From assembly GCA_964276515.1 (NCBI GenBank), contig OZ193909.1, positions 12,462,001 to 12,526,000 on the forward strand: a stretch of 64,000 nt of DNA. The letters run 5' to 3'. The number at the start of each line of letters is the position of its first letter. Position 1 is the stretch's first letter. The position numbers and the translations under genes are program-made. This document shows, in pieces, positions 13,008 to 26,641 of this stretch. The stretch comes from Gordius albopunctatus. Lineage: Eukaryota. A model generated the notes under the pieces. The model was not told where the DNA came from, did no database searches, and saw nothing but the letters and a program-made list of their open reading frames with translations.

Positions 13008-15473
13008 ACTATGGGTAAAATGATTTTAACTATCATCGCTCATCATACATTACATCGTATGAAAATTTCATATCATTAAACTTAAGTCAACATTTCAATA
13101 AAATGTTGTATATTTTTTTAATATGGAGGAAGTTGAATTTAAATACTGTATAACGGTTGAAATTTTTCACTTAGTTATCTCAGTTTTTTAGTTTAATCAT
13201 CATAATTATGCGGTTAGATATTTAAACGATATTTAAATCAATAAATACATTCACTAATGTTAGGAGAGTCATCCGGGTAGTCAACATCTGATTAAGTAGC
13301 TTAATCAATAAAAAAATGAGATTTGCTATAATTATATATTTCATTTATATAATGAAAAATAAAAAAACACGAATATTATAAGAATTTTTATTCTCACAAC
13401 TTGGTGGGTATGTGACTTTTATAAAAATAAAGTCTAATTAAAAGTATCTTATTGGTTAAACAATTTAAATAAACGCGATGACATTATTATTGCTCTCAAA
13501 AAGCTATATTAAAATTGAATATTTGATAATATTAATTTAAAAAAATAATCCAATTAAAATGTGGATTAAAATTGAAAATCAAATTACCAAAATAAGTCGT
13601 CTAAATTGTCCAAAGAGTATATAATTTCAAATGAAAAAAAACCCTAAAAATGAATCAATAATAATCTACTCTGTTTTTCGACAAATACTTTGTCATTTTT
13701 AAAGAATTTATTATGCATGAATTTATGAAACATTTAGAGGATTTGCAAAACCACACAAAAACAACAAAAAATTTAACATCAAGACTGTCCCATAACCTGA
13801 CTAATGACTGGTGCTTTTTAAAAATTTTGTTCCAAAATAAAAATAAAATTGTGAAAAATTATGTTACATTCAATGTATTATGTTTATATAGGATAAAATA
13901 TTAAGCAAAGTCTTCATGTAAATTATTAATTATTTTATAATTTGACGTAATTGCCAGGTAAAATTGCGAGTTATTATACTCTGGGTATAGCTTGTTTTAT
14001 TTAAATAATGAAGGCAATAAGATTAAGACTAATAATGTCATAAAATAAGATTGACAGTATTTATTTACAAAAAATTGGCATCAATATGTTACAACTACAA
14101 GGAAAAATTATAAATCCGCTAAATCTTAAGTTTACAATATTTTTTTTAAAGACAGCACAAAATTTTCGACGGGTTTTAAATTTGTTTTTGCTGGGGTTAA
14201 AACTTGTTATTTTTTTAACTAAGGCACTTACTTTAAGCCTTGAGCCAATAAAGTCAATATTGTGATCATAAGTTTAAATTTCATAGCCATTTACAAATTA
14301 AAAGGCAAAATTATAGGTTATTTTTTGTTGTATACTTTTATCTGCCCATCATAATATTACTTGTATTTTCTGATAATATGAGATTGGCACAATTCATTTA
14401 ATATACTTGAATTGGTTTGAAATAATTGGAAATCACAAAAATTTCATTTTAAATGTAGTTTATTTGTCAAAACATCTTAGATTATTGAATTTCTCAATTA
14501 TATCTATCAAACCTTAATTTTTATATGTTAACTACTTGCTAATCAAATGTATTGATAATATTTAAGAATAATATTTGATCATTATCTTATAATTTTATTG
14601 TTTTGTAAATATTGACCTAATTCAAGGGCATCCTCATGAAGTCAAAAAAATATTTAAAATATTTTTACTTTATTAAAATTAAAATAGAACTAAACCAGAA
14701 TTCTTAAATTAATTATATTCATTAAATAAATTTATTTGTAAACATTTTTTATACTATCAAACCTTGTGACTATTTCATTAGGTAGGGAACGTGAAAATAT
14801 ATTCACCTAGCTAGCGAAAACAAGAGAAATGCTAAAAATAATCACAAATAAAATAGAAGATGTGAAATTGGATGTTTAAATTTTTTCAATTTTTAATAAA
14901 CATGATTTTGTACTCATATCATATTAATTCTATGATGTTTTTATTTAAGCTTTGTGACTATATCTTTGGGACACTTTAAAATATGCCTTCTTGGGTGACA
15001 TTGTCTTGTAAATCAAGAATTTATACCAGCAAAGATCAAAAAATCTAGGCACGGCCAACTGTTGCGAATTTAGATTTATAGCTGGTCTGGGCGGACATCA
15101 TAAAAAGGTTCAAATAATTAGGGCTTAATTAAATTTTTCATATTTTGTTTTCGTATTTTATTATATTACATGTTTATTTATTTGCTTGTATTTTAAAATC
15201 GTAAGTCTTGTCCAAAAAATGTAGATAATTTTAACAAAATTACTGGTAAAATTAAAAAACATATTGCCTCGGGCCGGGCGGTTCGGGCATCTCTTATGAT
15301 TCTGGCATAGCTGGGCTACACTTAGAAGTGTTTGGTTAGAAAAATTGAAAAAATCTCATCCGTAAAGCCTGATCAAAGTATACGAAAAGTTCCAAATCCT
15401 AGCGCAAAGTGTGCGTGTAGTGCATGTAGATGTAGAAGGTGCCTAAGTTATAATAACATAAATCAAGGCAATA

Positions 15474-16139
15474 CAGGCGCGTAGCCAGGATTTTCCCAAG
15501 AGTGTAGAAAATTTCCAATTTTTAAAAAACATTTTTATTTCAATAAATTATTTATAAGGTGGAGCCCCCAAGAGATGGGGGTTCAAGAGATGGGGGTCTG
15601 GGGGCGAAGCCCCAGCTGTACCCAAAGGGCGTATTTTTATACTCACTGATATTATTAATAATTCTTTTCATTTTTTACTGCTATAGTTGCAGCAGGCTTA
15701 TTAAATCTTTAAAATATATTTTAGTAGCTTAAGCTCCTAACGATTCACCGGAGTTAGGCCCAACTCCCCATGAAATTCTTGATGTCTTATCTTTTGCCAA
15801 AATAAAATAAAAAGTATACACCGCTTCTGTATTTATATTTATCAATAGATCAACGAATTACTAGGTTTAGATGTAGAAGGTTCGGATAATTTCGTGGGGA
15901 AATAATGCTCCAAATTTTCATTGCAATGCAAGTGAATAAAAGATATCGGAAAAAGAGAATAATTGGCTTTTTGTCGAAATTCAATTCAAAAATAAAAAAA
16001 TATATATCGGTATTTATTTATTAATGTCATTTTGAGTCAGTTACTCAGCTATAGAATAAAAGTTATTTTTAATAAAAAATTATTAATTATTGCCAAGGAG
16101 GTAAACTTTCCCTTTTTTTACCCTTTCTGTACGCCTATG
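15474..16139. mobile_element. Non-autonomous hAT element related to 28111-29956
   Basis: Ends CAGGCGCGTA / TACGCCTATG; perfect TSD AGGCAATA; ~15868-16015 resembles ~29669-29825. Confidence 0.8.
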
Positions 16140-18374
16140 AGGCAATAGCAGTCAAATTAATTCCTTCGAATTCAAATATGATCATAGTTTAGCGCTGACG
16201 CTCTATTTTTGTTTTAGTGGGCTCTCAAAGTTTATTATGTGAGGAGCAAAACTAGGCCCGACTCTAGCTCTACTAAAAAATTGTAAAATAAACGGACATG
16301 TTTTGTTTTATAAAGATGGACGCCCTACTAACCCAGGCTTGAATGTGACAAAACCCACGCGTCTAACCAGAGAAAGGTTCCTATAACAAACAAAAGGGAT
16401 CAATTGAATAAAACAAATTACATAATATTTGAATAAATATTTTATATTATAATAAATATACTTCACCCTTATTTTTAAGTGGATTTCTAAGGTTAAAAAT
16501 TGATTTTTTTTGGGGGGGGGGGAGGTAAAATATTAATCAACTTATCCTAAAGCATTAATTATAGTTAAATGTTAAAACAAATTACCAGCAAATATTTTTA
16601 GTCTTCTTTGAAGTTATTTTATAACTTTATGTAAGTAGAAAAGTCATTTTTATGTTGAATTTATGAATATGGTGCCGCAGAAGTTCAATTTATCGAGGCT
16701 TAGTTAAACATTAATTCATTTTTAAACTTAAATCTTCCCACCACCTGTAACGACTTCCCTAATCCCATTCCATATTAATAAGGGTAGAGTACACAATTAT
16801 GACGCTAAAAAATAAGTTTGCGTGCTTAAAATTTTAAATAATATAAAGGTCTCTCGGTGCACGCAAATATCATGAATCAAAGATTGTGAGGAAGTCTTGC
16901 TATAAACAAATCAAGAGCTACTTACAGGATTATTATACTTAACTGATATATATATGCAATAATCGATCTTATAGCATTTATTCGGAAAATATGATCATGG
17001 AAGGGGATGACTTAAATTTTAAAAGTAGGCTCGAGTCCTATAAAAAGGTTAATAATTCAAAAAAAATGAGTGCCATAATGAAACCACGGTTTTGTTAAAA
17101 TTTTCAATATATGTATTTTAGCAGCAAAGGATCGGTGTTTAAAAATTTTATATAAAATACGGTGCTAATAGGCAAAACTTGTTCTGAATTTTTCAAAGTT
17201 TGACAATAGTTTAGGAATGGACAAAATGATAATTTTTTGATACTTGACTATTATTTCATAAAATATTCAAATAAAATTGGATTTTTAGCGCTCTGGTTTA
17301 TGATCAATAAAATATCAAGGTAAATATATTATTTTATAGTTTATTAGAATAAAATAATTAAAATAGATGTCACCACGTATTTAGGTAGCCAAGCATGGCA
17401 ATAATCACAAATTTAATTTTATAGCATATGGTTTATTAAATATTAACTAATTCTACATCTAAATTTAAGTTATTCATTTATAAAAATTGAAACAATTATA
17501 AAATTAACTACTACTTCCTAAAAAGTGACCATTAGGCATATCTTGTTCCTGCCTAATTATGTTCATTTCATAGGGTTGGTCATTTAAGTTGTGTCAGGTC
17601 ATTGTTATGCATTGATCTAATCTTTTACACAAAAGCCCTAAGAACTGAAGAGACGCGCCACATAGATTATTATGGACGACATTCTTTTCTTCTAATAGAA
17701 CCTCTATAACCTGCTGCTATAGTCTATAAATTCAGCATCAAATGGGAGTTCTATTTCAAAATGCATTTTTACCGGATATCCTTGTACTATATCTTTGGTT
17801 CATTTTATTGCAAGAAATTAGTAGAAATGTCACAATTATTGACAGTTTACAAAAGTCCTAAAAATGTTTGCTTCCCCCAACAATTGCCCTGGTTAAAAGA
17901 AGAATATACGATAATTGCTCAGCAAATAAAAGTGGCTAAATGGATGCTGACTTTCAACTTCAAAGAGGTTGCAGATGGAACGTGCCTTACTTACAGCATA
18001 TAATTGATCTTAAACAGTTTTTTTAGTATCATTACACCATTTATATGGCTGTAAAATACCATTTTTTGATAATATAAAAAGCGGAAAAATATTTTTCTAC
18101 ATATTAAAAAATAATTATATGTAAATGTATATGTTTTTTAAAAACTTTTTTAAATTATAGGTTGCTTAATAATTATATAATTAAATGTAATTGGCGGGGA
18201 AATAAATTAATAAATTTTTTAAAGGAAGCTTCTAGACATCAAGATTATGAGAATTTTTATTCAAAGTAATTTTTGAATAGACTAAAATGCTAAATTAAAT
18301 TCATTTTGAATTAATAGATTAAACTAAATCAAATTTAAGAAATTCTTAAATAAATTTTTGAATATTAACAGATT

Positions 18375-18539
18375 AATGGGCGTAGGCAGGGGGGGGGCAG
18401 GGAGGGGCAGCTGTCTCTTTATAAATCCAAAAATTTGTTAAAATTTATTAAAATTATGGCTAAAATTTCAAAAATCGATCAAATTGCCCTTCCCTAAATC
18501 ATATTGCCCCCCCTAATCCCAATGCTGGCTACGCTTATG
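18375..18539. mobile_element. ~165-bp hAT-type MITE
   Basis: Ends AATGGGCGTAG / CTACGCTTATG; degenerate TSD AACAGATT/AACACAAT; same family as 12838 and 47194. Confidence 0.8.
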
Positions 18540-18578
18540 AACACAATGATTAAATTCATAAACATTCGTGTCCTAAAT

Positions 18579-18735
18579 CATGGGTGTAGCCAGGTTTTGG
18601 ATTAGGGGGTGGGGGCAAAACGTTTAAAAGTTCAATTAGGGGGGGGGGGCAAAACACAATTTTTTTAAAACTTTTAAGGGGTTTTGCATTAAAACTTTTT
18701 CCGTCATTCATGCCCCTGCCCTGGCTAGGCCCATG
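18579..18735. mobile_element. hAT-type MITE
   Basis: TIR CATGGGTGTAGCCAGG / CCTGGCTAGGCCCATG; perfect TSD TCCTAAAT. Confidence 0.88.
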
Positions 18736-18928
18736 TCCTAAATATTTTATTTTGTCAATAAAGAGAAATATACTGAGTGAATTTGATTCAAATTAGTCTA
18801 AATCAAAATTGCTTTCTTGCAAAAATACAGATCATTATTATGGTAATAACACGCATTTTAAGAAAATTTTAAATAATTAATTACGTATACTTTACAAAAT
18901 TCATGTGAGTTTATTAATGTTTTGTTAC

Positions 18929-19647
18929 CTCCACAATTTTCCCAGCGTTTTACTAAGTTCGGCATTGTGTAAGTGAGGATACTGGTCAGCAAGCTTCCTT
19001 CTAGCAGCTTGGGCCCATACCATAAAAGCATTCATGGGCCTCTTCACGTGCAATTTTTTCTTACTATTAACGTTGCTGGAACCAGAATTTTTTCCCGAGT
19101 TGTTTGCGCCGCCACTGCTACCCGATGCATTGGGAGGTGCCTGGATGGTCATCAATGACCAATCGTACCCGCTCAATAGATTAGACACCGCTTCTTTAAT
19201 ATTTTCAGCATAGGGGTCATCTTCAGTTTCGAGTTCTTTGTTGTCTTCTTCTAATAAACCATCATCATCATCATTTTGCTTTTCTACCAAATATTCCTCT
19301 GAATGCACCAATTCGTTGATCGCCTCGGCTGGTTTTAACTCCTCGTAAGTGAGCTGCTGATCGTTCTCGGTGGTTCCTTCGGCTAAAATTTCTCGCGTTC
19401 TGTCGATGATTTTAGGTAGCAATGCGTACCTCTGACAAATCTTATTGCCACTTTGTCCCCTTTTCCCCTTCTTTTTCTTTGGACATCCCGGTGCACCCGA
19501 CTCCTGATTTTCTGCGTTATAAGTCGTGAATAGGATCAATTTAGGCTTGGCTGGTGAATTATCCTTGCTTGGCGAATACTCCGAATGGTCTTGTGTCTCT
19601 ATCTGGCATGACGATAACTCATCGCGGAGGCATTGGTCATATTCCAT
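18929..19647 (-). CDS. SoxE: SoxE-group HMG-box transcription factor (Sox8/9/10/Sox100B-like), coding exon 1
   Basis: First in-frame ATG at 19647 (the ORF track starts at a TTG). Encodes the SoxE dimerisation motif [16 protein letters not shown] and the HMG N-half [41 protein letters not shown]. Ends TGG AG|GTAACA (phase 2), the intron position known from SOX9. An upstream exon cannot be excluded. Confidence 0.95.
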
Positions 19648-22600
19648 ATTTTCTTTGACCAGAATAAAGAATTTAAAAATATACAACTAAATAGTGATTT
19701 TATAAGGCATTTAAATTGCTACGAAATGTAGATGAAGTGCAAATAATGTTAATGTTTCAGTTTTAAACATATTAAAGTATGATGTAGAGAGGTGTGCACT
19801 AATAATAGTTTAAAGAGGATCGCGGTGATTGACATGGTTATACATCAGGGATATGATAAAAAAATGATTGACGTGGGAACACTCTAAAGCTTTTTTGATG
19901 AGTGCTTACAGAAACGATATCTATTAATAAAAAGATTCCTTTTTAATATTGTAAATCAGATTGTTATTGATTACGATACTTTGGGACCTAGTTGTGATAC
20001 ATATATTAGACAAAATTTACTTTTTAAATATAAAAGGGCTAAAACAAATTAAGTTAGTGATTTTGTTTTATTACGGTAGTTAATAATGAAAATAATGTTT
20101 TAAATTGTTAAGAAGTTATAAAGCTTATGAAGAAATTTAAGAGCACATAGCCATCCATCGAAGTCGAAAGTTTAATAGATAAACGCATTAAATCAGTTAG
20201 AGGCGCCATATAAAATCAATGAAGAGCCCATATTAAAAAAATTAATAAAAAATAAACTTTTGTAAGTGTTTTTTAGTATTTCAGATTATTTCCCCTTTAG
20301 TATATACAGAGCTGAAGGTTAACTGTCTTTTAGGATAGAAATTGCGAATTGAACTGGTTCCGGTAATTTAAATTAAACTATTGAAGTGGAAAGAGACGAT
20401 ATTTATTAAAATTCTTGCAAAAGTAAACAATTTTAACGATAGAAATTTTATGGCAAAAATATGGGATGAAATTTTTTAGATCAACCATATGAAAAGCATT
20501 AAATATTCCTACACCACTCAACCCCTCCCAGCTTATTGCATAAAGTTATATGAATCTGTCAGTAAACCGAAGTAACTTTATCAATTTTATTACCCGCGGT
20601 TTGCATTAACAAATTATGAGTTTTATGACTTTGTAATTGATACCAAACAAAATTTGATCATGTAGCACACAAAGTTTATTTGAACCAAACCTAACCGAAT
20701 TGCCAAGATGCTACACTAAATATACTAATCATAAAAATGACGATTTGGGGCAAAAGTAATTAAAACAACAAATTTATGTCTGATTATAAACTCTACGAGT
20801 AAGTCTAATTTCAACTTTTACATCCGCTTTCGCCATTTAATAAGAGTTGATACTGTCTAAGAATATTCCATCGAAGCAATAAATTTATACTAATTATATA
20901 CTGAAACAAAATTTACTAATGTCTAATTATGTGGTTGCGGCCAACTGTGATTTTAAAACATATTATGGTTACTATATAGTTTTTATATTCTTAATAATTG
21001 ATTTAATAAGGTGTCATAGGGTCAAAAACTTCAACTAAGTTTATATTGCATCAATATTCAGAATTTTTGCAATAAAAGGTAATAAGTTAAAGGACGTCAT
21101 GCTAAAATGTCTTAGATGAAAAATAAACTGGGAAGAGCATTTTATATGAGTTTTTAAAGAGTTAATATTTTAAGATGGAGTAAAACAATTATTAAAAATG
21201 CTTTGACCGCAGTTATACAACACTTCGCTGGAAAATGCTGCACACTATTTAATATTTATTTTATCAGATTATTCTCCGAAATCAAGTTTAAACCTCGCTT
21301 TTTCTAGTACGTATAGATAGCCTAATCAAATGCTTTAAAATATAATTATTAAATTTACCAAAGGAAAGTAATTATATATAAAATAACTTCCCCCTTTTCC
21401 GACTTCGTTTATGAAACTATCGGAGTAAATTATGATTTCCTCTATATGTTAACCATAATTACAAGGGGATATGTAGTGAAAATGTGTAGGTTAATTTTAA
21501 ACTTTTATTATTATAAATTAATGAAAGATTAGAGAAGAGAAAAGAAAAAGGCACCTTTCCTATTGACACTGACCTTTTACATCCGTTAGGGCAGTATATT
21601 AAGTCCATCTTTTCACTTCATTTTAAATAGGTCCCCGACAATCAAAACTGCCCTACGCGATAGTCAAGCTTAAAAAGGGATAATGGTGAGAATGATGAGA
21701 TTAGTGTTGAATAAGATTGTTGATAAGCTTCCTGCCCCTGATTTAATTATGTCAACGTTTTCTATTTCCTTTCAGGTTGCTTTTATTGCAATATTCGCTT
21801 TTCTATCAAAGGGGGTTAGGGGTAATACTCCCCCCCTCAAGATGTCCAAATTACCCGCCAGGCTATAACAAAAAAGATTGGAAAGGTTGACGCGTTACTT
21901 ATTTTTGAAACCCAATGATTGGCTTTTAGAAGAAAAACCTTGCTCATAATAACTAATATCAACCTAGGAAAATGTAGTAGTCTAACCCGACTCAAATTTT
22001 TTTTATTATAAACCCAACCCTATAACATAAATCTTTTTTGAAAATAGGCCAGGAGTTTTTCACTGTATATAATAATCGTTATCGACAAACCTTAAAAATT
22101 CTTAAATTCATGCAATTTCTGCGAATTTATTATACTGTTTGGTTTTATTATTGCCATCGTAACCAACAGTAAAACAGGTATTTCTCATTTGGCAGCTAGA
22201 ACCCAACCCGATTGACAATAAAGAAACAATTTCCCCCCTTATGTTTTTTAAAAATTTTTATTTATAAAAATTTGTTTTGTCACTCCTCTAATTCAAATAT
22301 TAAGTGCACTCCTATTTAATTTTCACCTAAAAACATTTTCTCCTGGGTAAAAACATGATTTATAAGTAAACACGTTTATATATGTAATTTGCAATTTTAC
22401 TGTATTTGATGACATTGAGCGATCGTTTCAATTAAAATAGAAAAATAAAATTTGAAAATGCAAAAGGAAATTTTTCATCTTCACCCTCTTACAAATTATT
22501 ATTTATAAAGTAATCAATTAAAAGATTGCTTCTTTGTTTTTTACTCCCGATGTTTCAATTATTTAATATTGACGGTTAATGCACACCTAAATCCCTTCAA

Positions 22601-22982
22601 AAATGCCTTACATCGGCATGAGCCCGACCCAAGTTCGACGTCTTCATTTTGATCCTCCGAGACCGACCAAAGTCCGAAATACTTTTTCTATTTTTGGTCC
22701 AACCTGAACCCGGCCTAACAACTTTTTAAATTATAACATTGAAGCTAATTTTATGTTTAAAATTTATTTTAACAATTAGTATAGAATTAAATAGATTGCT
22801 ATTAATAGGAATTTAAAAAAAAGCAGAACAATTAAGTAAGAGGAGTAAAATAATTCAAATTCATCTTTTCTAAAATTTAATCCATATTAAATAATCAAGT
22901 TTTAAAATTATAAATTCTATTTATAATTAAATAATTTTCTTTCAGTAAATTACTTATATTTTAATAATAGCTACTTTAAATA

Positions 22983-25900
22983 ACACTACCTACGACGGTC
23001 CCAAGTCCGTGTGCAAAAAGTGAAGGGTTGGCGTCAGGTCGGAAACCGGCTATAAAAATCAATTCCAAAATTTATGATAGTTTCAAACGATATTTTACAA
23101 GAAAAGGCTAGGGCGTCCTCCACAAACGACGCGCACTGCATACCCCGCCCGTGCAATGTGAAAAAAAACACTAGGGTTACTGCCCAACTCACAACGAAGG
23201 CGGTTAAGGAAACTAGTTGTGGAAAGAATGCGAATTACGTGCTGGAATGTGGGAACGTTGACGGGGAAGAGCATCGAGGTCGCACAGATGTTAAAAAGAA
23301 GAAAGGTACACATCGCCTGCCCACAAGAGACGAGGTGGAACGGAACGAAAGCTCGGGAATTAGGAGAAGGATACAAGCTTTTCTACAGTGAGTCACCAAA
23401 TCGTAGAAACGGGGTCGGTATCGTTTTAAGCGAATCGTTCAAGGACAAGGTGGTGGAAGTCAAACGTTGTTCCGACAGGCTAATGTTGGTGAAGATTGCG
23501 GATCAAGAGGGCCTCCTAACCGTTATGTGCGCGTATGCTCCCCAAATTGGGTGTTCGGAATCAGAGAAAGACATATTCTTCGAATCATTGGAAAAGGAAA
23601 TACAAGGAATCCGACAGGAAGAAAGGCTGATTATTGGGGCCGATTTCAACGCTCACGTAGGGAAAGATCGCCTCGGGTATGAACGCAATTATGGAGGCTA
23701 TGGGCATGGTCTGAATAACAAAGAAGAGGAAAAACTTCTCCAAGTATCCCAAGCATATGACATGGCAATCGTTAACACCTATTTTCAAAAGCGCGAAGAT
23801 CATATTGTGACCTATAGAAGTGGCAAGCATTTTAGTCAAATCGACTATTTGCTTATACGGCGAAAGGACTTATGGAGTATCAAGGATTGCAAAGTAATAC
23901 CGGGAGAAGAAATCGCCAGGCAACATCGTCCCCTTGTTATGGATCTTGACAGAAGAGTATTTCCCGAAAGAAGAAAGGTATATGAACCTCGAATTCGATA
24001 CGAAAGGCTAAAGGATACGTCGACGAACGAAGAATACCATCAAAAAGCCTCCTCACTCTTGGGTGCAAGGAAGTTGCAAAGGGACGTAGACGAAGATTGG
24101 GAGACGCTATCTAAGGACATTACAGCGATTCGTGTTCTAGGACAGACCAAAGGAGGCAAAGCTATGAATAGGGAACTATGGTGGTGGGATCAAGCGGTTA
24201 AGGATTTCATCGAAATAAAGAAAAATCTATATAGACGGTGGCATAAATCAAAAAAGTCGGAGGATTATCAAGAGTACAGGGACGCAAAGAGGGCCGCAAA
24301 AAAGGCCGTTGCAAAAGCGAAGAATGCTGCGTACACCGAGATGGCAAACAAACTGGATCATAAAAGTGGCGATAGACTTATGTAAAAATTGGCCAAGATA
24401 AGGGAGAAGAAAAGCCGCGGTGTCGGAGTTCTTAAAATAGTCAAAAACGAGAAGGGTCAAACCTTATTCAAGCCGAAAGAAGTGATGGAAACGGTTTTTT
24501 AAGAAACTTATGAATATTGCAAATGACAAGGATTCCCTTTCCAAAATTGAGCCAAATATAAGTATGGTCGAACTCTTTCAGAAGGATGAAGGAAAAGCAA
24601 ATGGCCCATAGAATACCTATGGAAGCATTGCTCGGATGTCGTGAAGAAGGAGTCACCACCATGACGAACCTCCTTAACAAGATATTGGTAGAAGAGCGAA
24701 TCCCTAATCAATGGAGAGCAAGCACGATTATACCCTTATTCAAAGGAAAAGGAGACCCTCAGGACTGCGTACAGAGGTATCAAGCTAACTTGCCACTCCT
24801 TGAAGCTTATGGAAAGAATCTTAGTAACAAGGCTGAAAAACGAGGTGGAAATATCGGCTAATCAATTCGGATTCGTGGCCGGCAAATCCACAATCGACCC
24901 AATCTTTGCCCTAAGACAAATGATGGATAAGTATGGTGAAAAGAGGAAAGACCTACAAATGGTTTTTATCGACTTGGAGAAAGCTTATGACACGATCCCT
25001 CGCGATTTAATATGGTGGTGCCTGAGGAAACAAAATATCCCTGACGCATATATACGGCTTATGAAAAATATCTATGAAGCCTCAAACTCTTGCGTTAGGA
25101 CGACAGTTGGAGACTCTAAACCTTTTCGGGTTAATATTGGATTACATCAAGGCTCTGCTTTAAGTCCCTTTTTATTTAATATAATTATAGACACGATAAC
25201 GAGGGACTTTCAAAAGCCATCGCCATGGTGTATGCTATATGCCGATGATATAGTACTATGCGAGGAAACAAGGGAGAAGGTATTCGAAGAAGCAGAAAAG
25301 TGGTCAAAGCGCTTAGCTCTGGATATGGTTTAAAGGTCAACGATCAAAAAACGGTATACATGGAAATGAACAGTACAAGCACCCCATCGCTGGATGACCA
25401 CCTAAAGTACCCAAAATTAGACAGGTTTAGTTACCTCGGCTCTATGCTACATCAAGAGGGAGGTTGCGCAACTGAAATCAATGCCCGGATTCAAAAAGGA
25501 TGGCTTAAATGGCGAAGTATATCCGCTGTAATGTGCGACAAGAAAATGCCAATATGGTTGAAGAGCAAAGCTTACAAATCCATCGTAAGACCGGTGTTAC
25601 TCTATGGAAGTGAAACATGGGCATTAAACACCACGGAAGGAAAGCTATTACAAGCCACGGAGATGAGAATGATACGGTGGAGCTTGGGGTATACTAAGCT
25701 TGACCATATGACGAATGACTCTCATGACAAAAATGGGTATTCAACCTATGGCGGACATGATTAACGAAAATCGGCTAAGGTGGTATGGGCATATACTAAG
25801 AAGGGACCCGGATGACGTAAATCGAAAAGTGCTAGACATGAAAATACCGGGGAAGAGAGGAAGAGGACGACCCCGTGTCACGTGGAAAAGGCAAGTTGAT

Positions 25901-26019
25901 TAAGTTATGGAAACTAAAGAGATTAGTCAAGACATGGCACTAACCCGGTCAAGATGGAAGAGACTCATCAAAACAAACCCCACCAATGTGGGACCAAATA
26001 ACTGATAAAGAAGAAGAAG
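22983..26019 (+). mobile_element. Near full-length RTE-clade LINE (APE endonuclease + reverse transcriptase), frameshifted
   Basis: APE motifs WNVGTL, QETRW, AYAPQ, GADFNAH, SQIDY (23219-24385). RT motifs DLEKAYD, GLHQGSALSPFLF, YADD (24800-25333). (GAA)n tail. 17-bp TSD AATAGCTACTTTAAATA at 22966-22982 and 26020-26036. Several frameshifts. Confidence 0.96.
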
Positions 26020-26039
26020 AATAGCTACTTTAAATATAA

Positions 26040-26083
26040 TCTTCTTCTCCTTTATCAGTTATTTGGTCCCACATTGGTGGGGT
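26040..26083 (-). mobile_element. Severely 5'-truncated RTE 3' end, inverted relative to the adjacent copy
   Basis: Reverse complement of 25977-26020 with one mismatch in the GAA tail. Confidence 0.85.
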
Positions 26084-26641
26084 AAGAAAATTTAAATAAA
26101 CTTCTACTACACATTCTCGAAGAGTTTAATATAGTAATAAAGAGAAACCTTGTTAGTTGTTTCAAGACGCTAGGGCTTTGGATTGGCTATCCTTCGAACA
26201 ACGTTAAATCGAGATCATTTTTGAATGAAGAGCAAAGTTCTTACAAAAGTCTTTGATTTTCCTTAATATAAATTTTGTAAGACGCAAACAAGGAATATTC
26301 AATAAAAAGGCTATAACGCCAATCTAATTTACAAAATAACCTCAACGGTAATAATAATTAATTCGTTAGCGGGTGACTTGATCTTATTCATCATTGTACC
26401 ATTGGGTAATATAATGCTGAAGACAGGTAAAGCTGGGAAGTAACTAGTTAAATGTAAATAGTTCCGACAACTAATTCCTTTTTTCAAAATGATTGTAATT
26501 ACTTTAATTTCAATTTCAAGGGAGCTTTTACCTGAATTGGTTAAATTCTTTTAGTAACTGTTTGATAAAGTTACAGTTATTTTTTATTAATTTAAAAATT
26601 ATTAATAAATTTTAATATTATAGTTTATTATATAGTTTATG

